IMG/VR virus record: IMGVR_UViG_3300009161_000031
Span: 1-64,000 of that record
DNA length: 64,000 bases
Direction: 5' to 3' (one strand)
Origin: a virus
The notes under the pieces are model-generated. The model searched no databases and was not told where the DNA came from. It saw nothing but the letters and a program-made list of their open reading frames with translations. Both the position numbers and the translations under genes were made by a program. Positions 11,801-21,858 of this stretch are shown here, in pieces. Each line of letters starts with the position of its first letter. Position 1 is the stretch's first letter.

Positions 11801-12300
11801 TGAACCTAAAGACTCGTGAGCACATATACGCATTAGTTGGAGATAAATCTCTCATTGCTTACTGCGCTACAGATGAACCTCAGAAGTGGTTGGACTCTAC
11901 AATCAATGATTTAATTCATGGGTCTATGCTAGATACTGAAAAGTTTGCGATATTTCTCAATCTTTTAAACTCTGGGGCCTTTGATGAATTAAGTAAATCT
12001 CTATCTGAACACGGTGTTGGTGACTTTGATGAAGAGAAAAGTCTGGGCATAGTTATGCGCTGTAGGATTTTTACTACGAAAACTGGAAAGAAGATGGCAT
12101 CGCTTTATATTTATGATCCAATGAAGAATAAAGTGTTTAAGATAGTAATCTTCAATAAGACTTTGAATTCAGTAATTCATGTCGTTCGACATACATTTTG
12201 GCCACTGATTTATCGAAAATCTGTACGCAACTCTGATATAATTTTCGAAGATGCGATCTCTTTAGATAAATTCAAGGAGATCAAAGGAATAACCAGTTAA
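8893..12300 (+). CDS. dnaE: DNA polymerase III alpha subunit (DnaE-like)
   Basis: PHP domain HLHVHSEYSLLDG; RGSVGGS; PDIDLDF; HAAGVV; KFDILG; FNKSHA. Confidence 0.97.
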   Translation: MSDFVHLHVHSEYSLLDGMSRPEEIAQIAKRNNQSACGITDHGTMAGTLQFQQACTKHGIKPIFGCEFYYVPTLAADSEDKKAERFHLIIHAKNQTGLHKLFQIMQKSWTTGFYHKPRIEWADLEFLAGDVVVLSGCMGSHLSKQIMNGEEAKAEATAKQFYDRFGNDYYLELQPWNDANLNKTLLSFSDAMGIKAVGTLDCHYPTLSDRGIEEVLLCVAQVPSMNASQDRHLRATADSAKKERDLVKRMNMLFPDRRLRFDDIHPYLMGTDEVAEYFAEHGWPQPFLLENTLEVADKCNAEIEMGRKLLPSYSKILDSSDYLSELAEWGLREKGLNEADGYMERLNEELGIIKKLDFSDYFLIIWDIIKWADSQGIARGPARGSVGGSLLAYALDITSVDPLVHDLLFARFISDERNDYPDIDLDFDDRKRYLIKQYIKDKWGNDNVASISTFGEFKAKSIIKDVSRVFGVPYSDVNKMTPLFETLGEFQDKCGKFADEYPDILTIARRIEGRIRTAGAHAAGVVVSNVPLWQVCPIESRSDPSADGRVEVIAYDMVQAEQLGLIKFDILGVKAIAVVDDTIQAIKQRHNIDVSKDSVTLDDARVYAELRNGNTLGVFQAEASAYTRLLLDLEVQNFSDLTASNALVRPGAMLTQGEQYIACKNHGRVVEYHHPMLEGILKDTYGTFIYQEQLMQTVVMLADFSWSEADKLRKIIGKKRDGSGFDIYKDKFLDNASKHIERKAATKMWDDFEKAALYSFNKSHAVGYSILTYQTMWLKINYPLEYMWALLANENEKERISTLLLEANRLEIDIQMPDINKSEISFSLDGDSIRFGLSNVLGVGKGALDEILRNRPFSSFEEFNGKCRKTYVRSNVIENLSRVGGFTSIGYSGDYDTKQYYLSILNYPIHANDDKTFADLLTNCSEIDIDTNEYHFMRGITKSTARKPHYFRVEIEDSTSSITGFGDIEMNLKTREHIYALVGDKSLIAYCATDEPQKWLDSTINDLIHGSMLDTEKFAIFLNLLNSGAFDELSKSLSEHGVGDFDEEKSLGIVMRCRIFTTKTGKKMASLYIYDPMKNKVFKIVIFNKTLNSVIHVVRHTFWPLIYRKSVRNSDIIFEDAISLDKFKEIKGITS

Positions 12301-12344
12301 GCGTCTGGTTTGCAAACGCTACTAAATCAAAATAGGAGAAAAAA

Positions 12345-13298
12345 ATGTTAAGAATTAATCGCGGAGAACGTATGCCGCTACACGATATAATCCCGACTCC
12401 TTCAGTCGGACTAAACCATGTATTGGGTGGAGGACTTTGGACTGGACGATTCAGTTTAGTTTGGGGCACTCCCTCTGCTGGGAAAACAACTATGTTGTTA
12501 CATCTTCTAGCTAATGCTCAGAAGAAAGGGTATACCGCAGTCATTGTAGATACCGAAGGGTCTATTACCGACAATTGGGCAGAAAAATGCGGAATAGATT
12601 TAACAAATAGAATCTTGCTTCAAAGTCGTATTGCTGAAGATATCCTGAAGCACATCATCCCCATGATGCAAGAGCCTGATAGCAAGTATATTTTTCTTAT
12701 TGACAGCATCAATGGCATTGCCTCTGAGTCTTTCTATAAATCAGACGAGGGGGGCGGGGGAATTGCCTCGCAGGCTAGGTCTAGGCGTTTGATGTATCAG
12801 AAAATGTCTGAGTATCTTAGCGTAGACAATGCTGTTATTATGGTGGCTCAACAGACTATGGACTTAAGCGGCAATCATCCTCGCCTAATGGCTAAGATCG
12901 GCAATGCTGAGTTACATTGGACTACAAATATTGTAAACCTATTTGCTTCGGCGGCTAAGGACTCTATCGAACGTGCAGGGGATTCTAACCTTATTGTCAA
13001 TAGAGAGGTTAGATGGACTATTGAGAAGTCTAAGCAGTCTCCAGTAGAGGGAACTCGTGGTTCTTATTGGTTCTCACCTCAAAATGCCGATATTGACATT
13101 AAGATGGAGCTAATTGATTTGGCGGTAATCAATGGAATTATTGAGAAGCGTGGTGCATGGTTCTATATCGGAGAAACAAAATTTCACGGTATGAAAAACT
13201 TAGTTGAAGGGGCCACCGATGAGCTAGTTCTTGATATCAAGAATAAGTTGGAGAATGGACTACTAACAACGGACAGTGGCAGCGCAGATGCCACATAA
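12345..13298 (+). CDS. recA: RecA-like recombinase
   Basis: LGGGL..GR; GTPSAGKTT; DTEG; IDSI; IEKRGAWF. Confidence 0.9.
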   Translation: MLRINRGERMPLHDIIPTPSVGLNHVLGGGLWTGRFSLVWGTPSAGKTTMLLHLLANAQKKGYTAVIVDTEGSITDNWAEKCGIDLTNRILLQSRIAEDILKHIIPMMQEPDSKYIFLIDSINGIASESFYKSDEGGGGIASQARSRRLMYQKMSEYLSVDNAVIMVAQQTMDLSGNHPRLMAKIGNAELHWTTNIVNLFASAAKDSIERAGDSNLIVNREVRWTIEKSKQSPVEGTRGSYWFSPQNADIDIKMELIDLAVINGIIEKRGAWFYIGETKFHGMKNLVEGATDELVLDIKNKLENGLLTTDSGSADAT

Positions 13299-13590
13299 AA
13301 AAGATAAGCTTGAGTCTAAAGAGGCCGCTAAAGATGGTGCATCGCTTGTTGCAAATTCTGGAAGAGGTAAAGACAAAGGTGACGCAAGGTTGCCGGGTTA
13401 TCTGCTAGACTACAAGCATAATGAAAAAACATTTACCATCACTGCAGAGAACTGGTCTAAGCATCGTAAGGATGCTTGGAAAGATAGATACAGGGAGCCT
13501 GTTATCTCTGTAGTTTTTGGTGATGGAACAAAGTTGGCAATAATCGATTGGCAAATTTTTATGGACTTTATAGGAGAAAACAATGAGTGA
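13288..13590 (+). CDS. PD-(D/E)xK Holliday junction resolvase-like nuclease
   Basis: NSGRG..KGD...LLDYK, then P..SVVF; follows recA. Confidence 0.6.
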   Translation: MPHKKDKLESKEAAKDGASLVANSGRGKDKGDARLPGYLLDYKHNEKTFTITAENWSKHRKDAWKDRYREPVISVVFGDGTKLAIIDWQIFMDFIGENNE

Positions 13591-13921
13591 AGATATTAGC
13601 ATGACCGTAGAGCAGCTTCGTGAAAGCCTGGGCGAAGATGCTGAAGAATTTATTGAGGTAATGGCTGTCGTACAAGACATTATTGACAATCCAAATAGTT
13701 ATCATTCTACTAAAGCAGTTAAGTACGCCGCTATTCTAGCAGCTTATAGATATAAGGTTGGCATTAAAGCGCAGCACTATAAAACTTCAGGCAATAGTAG
13801 CATTATCAATCGCAGGCGTAAGGATGTTTTTCAGACTATGTATCACGCACTTGAGGAGAATATTAATACGCTCAAATTGCTCGGACGTATCGACGCAGTT
13901 TCTGCTGGCATCCTTCGATGA
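13583..13921 (+). CDS. Conserved phage hypothetical protein
   Basis: Translationally coupled within the recombination operon. Confidence 0.5.
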   Translation: MSEDISMTVEQLRESLGEDAEEFIEVMAVVQDIIDNPNSYHSTKAVKYAAILAAYRYKVGIKAQHYKTSGNSSIINRRRKDVFQTMYHALEENINTLKLLGRIDAVSAGILR

Positions 13922-14667
13922 GGAAACTTGTCGATTTAATGGCCTTGGCTCCAGTAAAAACTGCCAAGCCTATTGTAGTCGCTGAGCCTAGTCAGATGGA
14001 AGAAGATTTAGTTGCGGCCATTGATGCTGCGATTACTGAGAAGTATATTGTAGAGCGCACTCGTAAGATAGGCGGGTTTCATCCAAGCACAACTAATGAG
14101 TGCGGTAGATATGCTGTCTATCTTTTTAGGGGTGTAACCTATCAGCCTAAGTATGATGCCAGAACTCAGCGCATCTTTGACAACGGCCATGCTACTCACG
14201 ACCGCATCTACAAATATCTAGATGATATGGGCATTTTGCTTGAGTGCGAAATACCTCTTTCATATTCTGAGCCCCCCATTGAGGGAACTGCTGATGGGAT
14301 TATTGAGTGGAATGGCAGAAAGTTAATTGAGCTTAAGTCTATCTCAGACCAAGGCTTTATGATTAGAAAAGCTCATCATAAGCCAAAAGATGATCACTAC
14401 AGACAGGCTCAGATTTATATGAGATGCCTAGATTTAGATGGCGGCTTTGTAATATATGAAAATAAGAACAATCAAGAAATCCTGCCACTGTATCTTGAGC
14501 GTAATGATGAGTTTATTGATAAGCTTTTCAAGAAATATGGTAAGATATATAACATGTATACGGAAGGCAGCCTACCAAAGCGCCCATATAAGCAAATTAC
14601 CTCTGCTACTTGCAGGATGTGTGATATATCAAGTATGTGCTGGGCTGATAAGGACGATGGAATATGA
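13918..14667 (+). CDS. Cas4-like PD-(D/E)xK exonuclease
   Basis: HPS...C; G...H; GTADG; IELKS; QAQIY; C-terminal CRMC....C. Confidence 0.85.
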   Translation: MRKLVDLMALAPVKTAKPIVVAEPSQMEEDLVAAIDAAITEKYIVERTRKIGGFHPSTTNECGRYAVYLFRGVTYQPKYDARTQRIFDNGHATHDRIYKYLDDMGILLECEIPLSYSEPPIEGTADGIIEWNGRKLIELKSISDQGFMIRKAHHKPKDDHYRQAQIYMRCLDLDGGFVIYENKNNQEILPLYLERNDEFIDKLFKKYGKIYNMYTEGSLPKRPYKQITSATCRMCDISSMCWADKDDGI

Positions 14668-14968
14668 TGTAATATTATGTGGCGAATGTGGTGTAGAGTT
14701 TTCACCTAAAGCACATAATGGTAAGTATTGTTCAGTAGATTGTCGCAAGGTTGCCACTAATAAAAAAGTTCTAGACAGATACTATGAAAATAAAGATAGA
14801 CGGTCTGGAAAAAATCAACAAAAATGCAGCAGAAAAGGCTGTACGACAATACTGAGCCGATATAACGCCGAAGATATATGCGAGGCCCACAAAATAGATC
14901 GTTTTGCTAAGAGATTAGGAAAATGGGGATGGGATGAGCAAAAAATTAGAGAAGAGTATAGCATATGA
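14657..14968 (+). CDS. Cys-rich zinc-binding protein
   Basis: CGEC, YCSVDC, CSRKGC, CEAH. Confidence 0.55.
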   Translation: MEYDVILCGECGVEFSPKAHNGKYCSVDCRKVATNKKVLDRYYENKDRRSGKNQQKCSRKGCTTILSRYNAEDICEAHKIDRFAKRLGKWGWDEQKIREEYSI

Positions 14969-15528
14969 GCCTGTCTGCAGCAATGCATTCAGGCACTGTG
15001 CTTTCTATAGACCCTTCGACTAAATCTCTTGCTTTTGCGGTTGTGGAGCGAAACGGTAATAGTATTTCACTTAAAGCTAAGGGCAAGATACTCTTTACCG
15101 GCGAGGATGATATTCAGTCAAAACTCAAGTTTATCGGCAGGGTGCTGCCCGAGTTAATTAAGTATCATACTCCTAAGTATGTGGTAATTGAACAAACAAT
15201 TTATATTCAGAATCCTCAGACTAGCAGGCTATTGTCTTATGTTGTTGGACACATGATAGGTTTAAGTTTAATGCACAACATAAAGACTATTGATGTCGGC
15301 CCTATTACTTGGAAAAGATGGCTTGGATATAAGAACGTATCCAAGGGTGAAATTGCTGCATGGTCTGCGGACATTGGCGAGAAAGAAGCGAAGAAAAAAG
15401 CATCTTTTGAAAGAAAAAATCGTGTCAAGATAATACTTGAAGAGCGCATACCAAATCTTGATGAGTCAGACTATGACATTCTGGATGCTATTGCAATTGG
15501 CGTATGGGCTGCTAGTACGGTCTTTTAA
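14965..15528 (+). CDS. ruvC: RuvC-like Holliday junction resolvase
   Basis: SIDPS; VVIE; DILDAIAIG. Confidence 0.8.
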   Translation: MSLSAAMHSGTVLSIDPSTKSLAFAVVERNGNSISLKAKGKILFTGEDDIQSKLKFIGRVLPELIKYHTPKYVVIEQTIYIQNPQTSRLLSYVVGHMIGLSLMHNIKTIDVGPITWKRWLGYKNVSKGEIAAWSADIGEKEAKKKASFERKNRVKIILEERIPNLDESDYDILDAIAIGVWAASTVF

Positions 15529-15537
15529 GGAGTTAGT

Positions 15538-15834
15538 ATGGAACCATATAAACAAAAAGAATGGCTTTATGCTCATTACGTTCAAAAACGCATGAACTTG
15601 AAGGATATTCAAAAGTTGCTGAAGGATAGCTACAATGTCAGCATAACCGTTCAGGCTTTATATAACTGGGTAGAAAGATATGATCTACTTAAGTTCAGAG
15701 GCAAGGGCCGCAATTTGCGGGCTAAAACTCAACATAAGAACGCTGCCCCAAAGTCTCCGATGCAATTAAAAATGGAGGCATTGAAGAGAGAACAGCGCAG
15801 GCGGCAGAGAATGAACAAAGACAAAAGACGCTAG
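15538..15834 (+). CDS. Small basic HTH-like protein
   Basis: KEWLYAHYV..MNLKDI...ALYNWV; basic tail. Confidence 0.5.
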   Translation: MEPYKQKEWLYAHYVQKRMNLKDIQKLLKDSYNVSITVQALYNWVERYDLLKFRGKGRNLRAKTQHKNAAPKSPMQLKMEALKREQRRRQRMNKDKRR

Positions 15835-15931
15835 TTTTAAAAAAAACTAAGAAAAATTGCGTTTTTGTAACAAATCATGTATTAGACCTGATAATATATT
15901 TTTTGCTTACCCCCCTACAAGGAGATTTAAA

Positions 15932-16900
15932 ATGACTACAGTAATGGAATATCTCTCAGATAGAGATACCAACACCACCCACAAGCGCTTTATGCTTGGG
16001 GATATGAAGTATGAGAACAATGCGATTGTATACCAGGATGAAAGATATAACCTTTCAGACAATGCTTTTGGTCAGGTCTGCGATCTATTGAGCGTTCCTA
16101 AGGCATATGCTGAGAGGTGTCCTGAGGACATTAAATCAGTAACTATGAATTATTGGCTGAACCTTAGAAGTGAGATGATGTGGGCTGGACTGTTTGAAGG
16201 CTCTACGCTTCGTTCATTGATGAGTCCTTCTTATGCCTATGTTCCCGCTATCCAAATTTTTGAGACTGTTGAAGATTCTATTGAGGGCAGTCTTGAGATT
16301 GGTGAATGGAGCGTCAAGGGAGATACTATCGAGTATGTAGGATTTTCACCTAAGTATGATACTCACATTGTAGACTCAGAGGTTAGAGCCGGGTTAAGAG
16401 TTGTCTATTCAGATGCTTGGTCAGTCTTTCCAAAGTTTGATAGTTATCTCTGTAGAATTGCTTGTCTAAACTCTGCTGTTACTCCGATTGTGAGTCGCAA
16501 GTTTAGGGTTAATGGGAAATCATCTAGTGAACTAATTGAGCAGTCTCGTGAGTATATTACCTCAGCGGTTGGGCAAATTCAGCCAATGTTAGATGGCTTT
16601 GCTAATCTTGCGAATATTGAGATTACTAACTTTATCTCTTTGATTGGGAAGATTTGTACAGAGAATGGTCTGCCAAATAAACTTAAGAATCTTATTCTTG
16701 AATCGGTAGACAATCAGCAGTTTAAATCTACTGTGTCTGGTGAGATGCGTACTATGTATGATGTCATCAACCTTTTAACTTGGGTTGCTTCACACGCTAA
16801 TTTGACTGATGCTCATCGTGAGCATTTATTCGCTATTGCAGGCTCCGCTATGGTTCACAACACTACTCGCTGTGATTCTTGCGGAGGGTCTGTTGAGTGA
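15932..16900 (+). CDS. DUF932-like phage protein
   Basis: AFGQVC..L.VP..Y; RSLMS..Y; RIACLN; RBS AAGGAG before ATG 15932. Confidence 0.55.
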   Translation: MTTVMEYLSDRDTNTTHKRFMLGDMKYENNAIVYQDERYNLSDNAFGQVCDLLSVPKAYAERCPEDIKSVTMNYWLNLRSEMMWAGLFEGSTLRSLMSPSYAYVPAIQIFETVEDSIEGSLEIGEWSVKGDTIEYVGFSPKYDTHIVDSEVRAGLRVVYSDAWSVFPKFDSYLCRIACLNSAVTPIVSRKFRVNGKSSSELIEQSREYITSAVGQIQPMLDGFANLANIEITNFISLIGKICTENGLPNKLKNLILESVDNQQFKSTVSGEMRTMYDVINLLTWVASHANLTDAHREHLFAIAGSAMVHNTTRCDSCGGSVE

Positions 16901-17248
16901 TTTACAAATAGGCAAGATGTATCTGCCTCCAAGAGGTGATGATATAATGCGCTCTCTTAAATCTGAGAACCCAGATGTTTGGCGCAGAATGCAGAGATTG
17001 CTGGATGCCTTTCAGATGGAGACGGTAGGAGCAGAGTATAGTAGATATTTTTCTGCAGATGTCATGAAACTGATTGAGGGCGGACTAATGAAGCCGGTAG
17101 TGAGCATAAATCCAGACTCCGGTGACGCAGATGTGCATTTTGTGGTATGGTCATATCTTTCTCCTGAATACAAGGTAATAGAGGATATGGAAGATGAAGA
17201 GTTTGACATCGTAGATGCGATGTTGGAATATTTTGGAAGGATGAATTA

Positions 17249-17632
17249 ATGGAACACGAAGATTTAGTCAAGTTTTGGTATGCCTTAGACGCTAAGGTAT
17301 CTAGCATCGGGTCAGCTACTCATGCGAGAAAATGTCGCAACAGATACTTTGCCTCTGATATTACCGATGAGCGCTACGAAAAAATATATGCAATTGTAGC
17401 CACTGAGGTGCGTCAGGCTATGGAATCAGAGTTTGAGAAGTGGAATGTATCTCCAGATGATTTAGAGGCGGTGTCTAGGATTAAGCGCTCTAGGATGCCT
17501 AAGCCACCTAAGGCTACCGAGTGGGCTACTACAGCGCCTTCTAAGGCCCCTACAGGCTCCGTAAAGAGGCGTAAGTCATCTTCGGGTCTAGTTGTTCGGG
17601 ATGCTGAAATGCCTTCTGAATTTGACGAATAG
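17249..17632 (+). CDS. Hypothetical protein
   Basis: ORF in operon context. Confidence 0.45.
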   Translation: MEHEDLVKFWYALDAKVSSIGSATHARKCRNRYFASDITDERYEKIYAIVATEVRQAMESEFEKWNVSPDDLEAVSRIKRSRMPKPPKATEWATTAPSKAPTGSVKRRKSSSGLVVRDAEMPSEFDE

Positions 17633-17657
17633 CCATGTTTAGTGATACAATAGACTT

Positions 17658-18257
17658 ATGAGTCAAGAAATAGAAAAAGCTGGACTTGGACTTTCCGATG
17701 AACTTCGGTTAGTCGAAGAGGCTGGCACTTTATCTATCAAGGGCTACAACTATAGCAATATAGCTGAACTTCTAGAGATTAGCCCGTACAAGGCTAAGCA
17801 ATATGTCAAGGAATATTTTCGAATAGTTCGGGATCAAGCCGATGAAGATCCATATTTCCTAGAAAGAGTCCAGCAAAATACACTAAGATTTCTCAATGAA
17901 CTAGATGAAATCTCTAAAGAGGCATGGGAGACTGTCAATGTAGCCACCGATAATGGTATGGTTACGGCAAGAACTCAGGCTTTAAAGCTTGCATTAGAAG
18001 TCACAGTTAAGAAAGCCCAGCTTCATCAGCTAATGGGTGGCACTAAATCTGACTCAGAGTATATTGCAAGAATGCAAAAAGCAGAATCGGTAAATCAGAT
18101 TCTGTCATCAGTTTTACGTGATGTAATTTCCGACTGCGAAAGGTGTCGGGATATGGCTCGCATAAAACTTGCTGAAGCGTTTTCTCTTATGGATAGCGCC
18201 GATAGCGAACCCGTTGATGAGGCTGAACTAGCCGATGACGACGACCTTGACGTATGA
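17658..18257 (+). CDS. Terminase small subunit (putative)
   Basis: HTH-like N-terminus, helical, overlaps the terminase large start; upstream TTGACG-18-TACAAT. Confidence 0.6.
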   Translation: MSQEIEKAGLGLSDELRLVEEAGTLSIKGYNYSNIAELLEISPYKAKQYVKEYFRIVRDQADEDPYFLERVQQNTLRFLNELDEISKEAWETVNVATDNGMVTARTQALKLALEVTVKKAQLHQLMGGTKSDSEYIARMQKAESVNQILSSVLRDVISDCERCRDMARIKLAEAFSLMDSADSEPVDEAELADDDDLDV

Positions 18258-19981
18258 CAGATTTTTGGGGACTTAACTTTAATTACGAGGACTTTGACCG
18301 CCTTCTTAAGAAAGAAGAGCTGGAAGAAGAGCCTGTGTCTTTGGAGGTTTTTGTACAAGATAGGAAATATCTTGGACTACCTCCACTCTCTGAAGTTCAG
18401 ACTGAGATTGCGAAACACATAACTCAGATATTTAAGCCTCATACTCTAGTTCAGTTGCATGGTGAAGAAAAAGGCTTAGAGCTATATGAGAAATATACTG
18501 TAAACGAAGTCATTTGTATGCTAGGTAAGGGTTCTGGTAAAGACCATACCTCTAGAGTTTCACTCGCATACATCACATACTTGCTTCATTGCCTGAGAGA
18601 TCCGCTGGAGTATTATAATAAAGCTCCTGGTATCTATATTGACCTTCTAAACCTTGCTGTTAATGCTCAGCAGGCTCAGCGAGTCTTTTTCGAGCCGTTT
18701 AAGAACCTTCTGCTGCGTTCTCCATACTTTAATGAAGTTGGATTTGAGCCTAGAGTTGGAGAAGTATTTTTCTTTAGCCGCCCTATTCGCTGTTTCTCTG
18801 GTCACTCGGAGTCAGAAGGTTGGGAAGGATATGAAGTTATGGTTGTAGTCTTGGACGAGATTGCAGCATTTAAGACGGATATAGAACTTAAGGGCGAATC
18901 TAGGGCTAAAGGCTCTGCTTCTGCTATCTATAAGATGAGTAAGGCTTCTATTATGTCTCGTTTCCCAGCAGTTGGTAAAGTAGTATTGCTTTCTTTCCCT
19001 CGCTTTAAGGGTGACTTTATTGAAGAACGCTACTATGGCTCAATTGCTAATAACGAACCTAAAACTTGGGGAATTAAGAAAGCAACTTGGGAAGTAAATC
19101 CGACTATCACTAGAGAAGATTTAGATTCCGAGTATATTCGCAACCCTCAAGAAGCAAGGTCGAGGTTTGAGTGTGAGCCTCCAGAGATGGAAGATGCTTA
19201 CTTTAAGGAACCAGATAGGGTTAGAGCTGCTTTTAATTATGCAGTTAGTCCGGTAGAGGAGAATGGAACTTGGAAGCCGTGGTTTAATGGCACAGATAAC
19301 TTCCCAAGATTTATTCACGTTGACCTTGGACTTAAGCGAGATAAAGCAGCGCTATGCATGGTTCATATGTCTGGAATGAAGGAAGTCAATACGGGAAACC
19401 ATATTGAAACTTTACCCATCATTAACATGGACTATATTACTTCGTGGAAAGCGGCGGTCAACTCTGAGGTTCCATTCGCTGAAGTTCGTGGAATGATTAT
19501 GGAACTATGTCGCAAATTTAATGTAGCGGCTGTTACTTTCGACTATTGGCAGAGTGCTGATATGATTCAGTCACTTAGACATAATGGCATTAATGCAGAT
19601 GCATTCACCGTAAAGAAATCTGCATACGATACATTGTCTACAACTATTTATGACGGAAGACTTCGTGGATATTGGAGTGAACAACTTGTTGAAGGTGAAA
19701 TCCTGAAATTACGTCTAATCAACAATACTAAGATTGACCATCCGTCTAAGGGTGAAAAGGATATGGCCGATGCACTTGCTGGAGCGGTCTATATGTGTAT
19801 GACTAATTTTGGAGTAGTGCAGGATATAGATATTGAAATTTGGGGTGGGGATGATCTCGATTATGAGAAATATGATGGCGAAGCGGCGATTGAGGCAATA
19901 AGCACTTTCCTACCAAATAAGCAGGAACCGATGAGAGCTATTCCTAGTGATTTAGAAGAGTGGTTAATAGAAATGATATAG
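18254..19981 (+). CDS. terL: Terminase large subunit
   Basis: Walker A GKGSGKD; Walker B VVVLDE; nuclease HVDLG, FDYW, DHP...KDMADA. Confidence 0.9.
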   Translation: MTDFWGLNFNYEDFDRLLKKEELEEEPVSLEVFVQDRKYLGLPPLSEVQTEIAKHITQIFKPHTLVQLHGEEKGLELYEKYTVNEVICMLGKGSGKDHTSRVSLAYITYLLHCLRDPLEYYNKAPGIYIDLLNLAVNAQQAQRVFFEPFKNLLLRSPYFNEVGFEPRVGEVFFFSRPIRCFSGHSESEGWEGYEVMVVVLDEIAAFKTDIELKGESRAKGSASAIYKMSKASIMSRFPAVGKVVLLSFPRFKGDFIEERYYGSIANNEPKTWGIKKATWEVNPTITREDLDSEYIRNPQEARSRFECEPPEMEDAYFKEPDRVRAAFNYAVSPVEENGTWKPWFNGTDNFPRFIHVDLGLKRDKAALCMVHMSGMKEVNTGNHIETLPIINMDYITSWKAAVNSEVPFAEVRGMIMELCRKFNVAAVTFDYWQSADMIQSLRHNGINADAFTVKKSAYDTLSTTIYDGRLRGYWSEQLVEGEILKLRLINNTKIDHPSKGEKDMADALAGAVYMCMTNFGVVQDIDIEIWGGDDLDYEKYDGEAAIEAISTFLPNKQEPMRAIPSDLEEWLIEMI

Positions 19982-20066
19982 CCCACCTTGACTTGCTTCA
20001 CGCTGCCGTGTACGGTGGCACCAGTTAGTCACGGAGTCCTGCCATAGTCCACCACAAGGAGACACG

Positions 20067-20387
20067 ATGAACAATAGACATCACATAGAAGCATTGTCTG
20101 AATCCAACAGCGATTGGATGAAAGACGCTAAGTGTAGGAGCGAGCAGAAAGCCACTTCACATTTCTTTGAAGAGTTTGAACGGGCTGGTCATTTTGTAAA
20201 AAAAGAATTAGTGACGTTCTGCAACAGTTGCGAAGTTATAACTAATTGCTATGACCACGCTAAAGCAGTTGGAGAAACAGGACTCTGGGGTGGCACTTAC
20301 TTCACATCAGGGAAGCCAAAGAATCCAATGAAGGCAAGATACCTTGAGACACAAAGAGATATTGCGTCAACGGTTAAGGAAAAATAA
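20067..20387 (+). CDS. whiB: WhiB family transcription factor
   Basis: WMKDAKC...FF...CNSCEVITNC...GLWGG; promoter TTGACT-17-TACGGT upstream. Confidence 0.85.
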   Translation: MNNRHHIEALSESNSDWMKDAKCRSEQKATSHFFEEFERAGHFVKKELVTFCNSCEVITNCYDHAKAVGETGLWGGTYFTSGKPKNPMKARYLETQRDIASTVKEK

Positions 20388-20503
20388 GTCTAGGCATTAA
20401 TAAAAAATAATGGCTCCGACTTGAAATCGCAGTTAGGGCCATGTAAGGTAACTACCACTAGCCTCCGACATCGGGTCGGAAGCAAGAAAATATAGGAGCA
20501 ATC

Positions 20504-20761
20504 ATGGATATTAAAGACGTAACAGAACTTCCACCTCTTGTTCGTGGAGGAGGCAAGCGTACTTCAGAAGAGACTCGCCACCTTCAGGAGCTTCTTCAGA
20601 CTTTTAAGCCTAAGGCGATTGAGAATGTTGAAGAAGGCAGGGCTTACAATTCGCTATCGCAGCGTATTCGTACAGCAGCAAAGGCTATTGGTATTACTGT
20701 AGAGATTCGCTACCGCAAGGATGAGCAGACTCTATATTTTCAGGGAAAGCAATCTAACTAA
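20504..20761 (+). CDS. Small basic putative DNA-binding protein
   Basis: Own promoter TTGAAA-17-TAAGGT, RBS, downstream hairpin 20781-20827. Confidence 0.45.
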   Translation: MDIKDVTELPPLVRGGGKRTSEETRHLQELLQTFKPKAIENVEEGRAYNSLSQRIRTAAKAIGITVEIRYRKDEQTLYFQGKQSN

Positions 20762-20890
20762 GATTACATAGTTATTGTTCTAATAGGGGTGGCCTGTATA
20801 TATATCCCCATCAGGCCACCTCTATTATTATATATAGGAGAAATATAGAATACAGCAAGTTAGTCACATTAGTTGACGGAAGGAGAAAAT

Positions 20891-21406
20891 ATGAGAGAAG
20901 TTATAAATACTATATTATTGTTATTGATGGTAGGATGGACTGCTGTGACAGGAAGTCATAGTCAGGAAAGTCCAAAGAAACAGACTGCACTTGGGGTGCA
21001 GCAAGATTATCAGATAGTTAAACCACCGAAAGTAATAACAGCCGCACAGCAAGCAAAGATAGATGCAGATGCTGCGCTGGCACAGGAAGTATTAAATGAA
21101 GCAGGCAGTCGCCTTGCGAAACAGAGGGAATATGATGCATTGATTGCATCAGCCGGTCGCACCGGAGTCAATTGGGACGGAATTGCTCGTTGTGAAACGG
21201 GTGGCGATTGGAGCGTCAGGGGTCCAATATACTCAGGGGCGCTTGGTATGAGAAATGACGGCTGGCGACAGTCAATAAAAGATTATTGGGATGGCTGGTT
21301 CCCTTCAGATGCGGGATTGGCCAGCAAAGAGCAGCAGATAGTTGTTGCCGAATGGCAGCACGATGGGACTGGACTTAGCGGCTGGGGCTGTAAAGCATAC
21401 GGGTGA
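20891..21406 (+). CDS. Secreted resuscitation-promoting factor (Rpf)-like lytic transglycosylase
   Basis: N-terminal signal peptide; VNWDGIARCETGGDW...ASKEQQIVVA...GW.C. Confidence 0.85.
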   Translation: MREVINTILLLLMVGWTAVTGSHSQESPKKQTALGVQQDYQIVKPPKVITAAQQAKIDADAALAQEVLNEAGSRLAKQREYDALIASAGRTGVNWDGIARCETGGDWSVRGPIYSGALGMRNDGWRQSIKDYWDGWFPSDAGLASKEQQIVVAEWQHDGTGLSGWGCKAYG

Positions 21407-21471
21407 TACATTGGCACTATTTGCTGGTAACCTATGGTGAATAAGTTACCATCTTGATTTAAGGAGCAATA

Positions 21472-21858
21472 ATGTTACAGCATGGAGATAGAGTAGAAAT
21501 CTATTGGAACCTTCATAAACATTGTTACAGCATCAAAGCCTGCGACGGACCTAAGAAGGGTCGGGTCGTACAATATGTTTGGAGTTTTAATCTTAGTGAT
21601 GCCAAGTTTGTTGTGCGACCTGCAGGCCGTGAAAAAGTTCGCAAAGAAGGCCGCAAAAATGTTCACGCTTTTGTGCGAGGATACTGGAATAAAGAGCTAG
21701 AGTATAGCAAGAAAATTCCGGTGACTTATAATCCTTATAAGAATGATACCTTTGTATCCAGGTTAGATGCATCGCCTATAACTTTTTCTAAGAAAGTTTG
21801 CGGCTGGACTTGCTTCGAGCAATCTAAGCCTGTAATGTACGCAGCACCAACCAACTAA
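21472..21858 (+). CDS. Conserved phage hypothetical protein
   Basis: YWNLHK..YS, GREKVRKEGRKNVHAFVRG, YNPYK. Confidence 0.6.
   Translation: MLQHGDRVEIYWNLHKHCYSIKACDGPKKGRVVQYVWSFNLSDAKFVVRPAGREKVRKEGRKNVHAFVRGYWNKELEYSKKIPVTYNPYKNDTFVSRLDASPITFSKKVCGWTCFEQSKPVMYAAPTN

Noticed and set aside
13918-14667. Cas4 as evidence of a CRISPR-Cas system
   Set aside because: Stand-alone Cas4-like nucleases are common in phage recombination operons
8893-19981. Inteins or introns in dnaE, recA or terL
   Set aside because: Protein lengths are normal and no splice-junction motifs or frame breaks were seen
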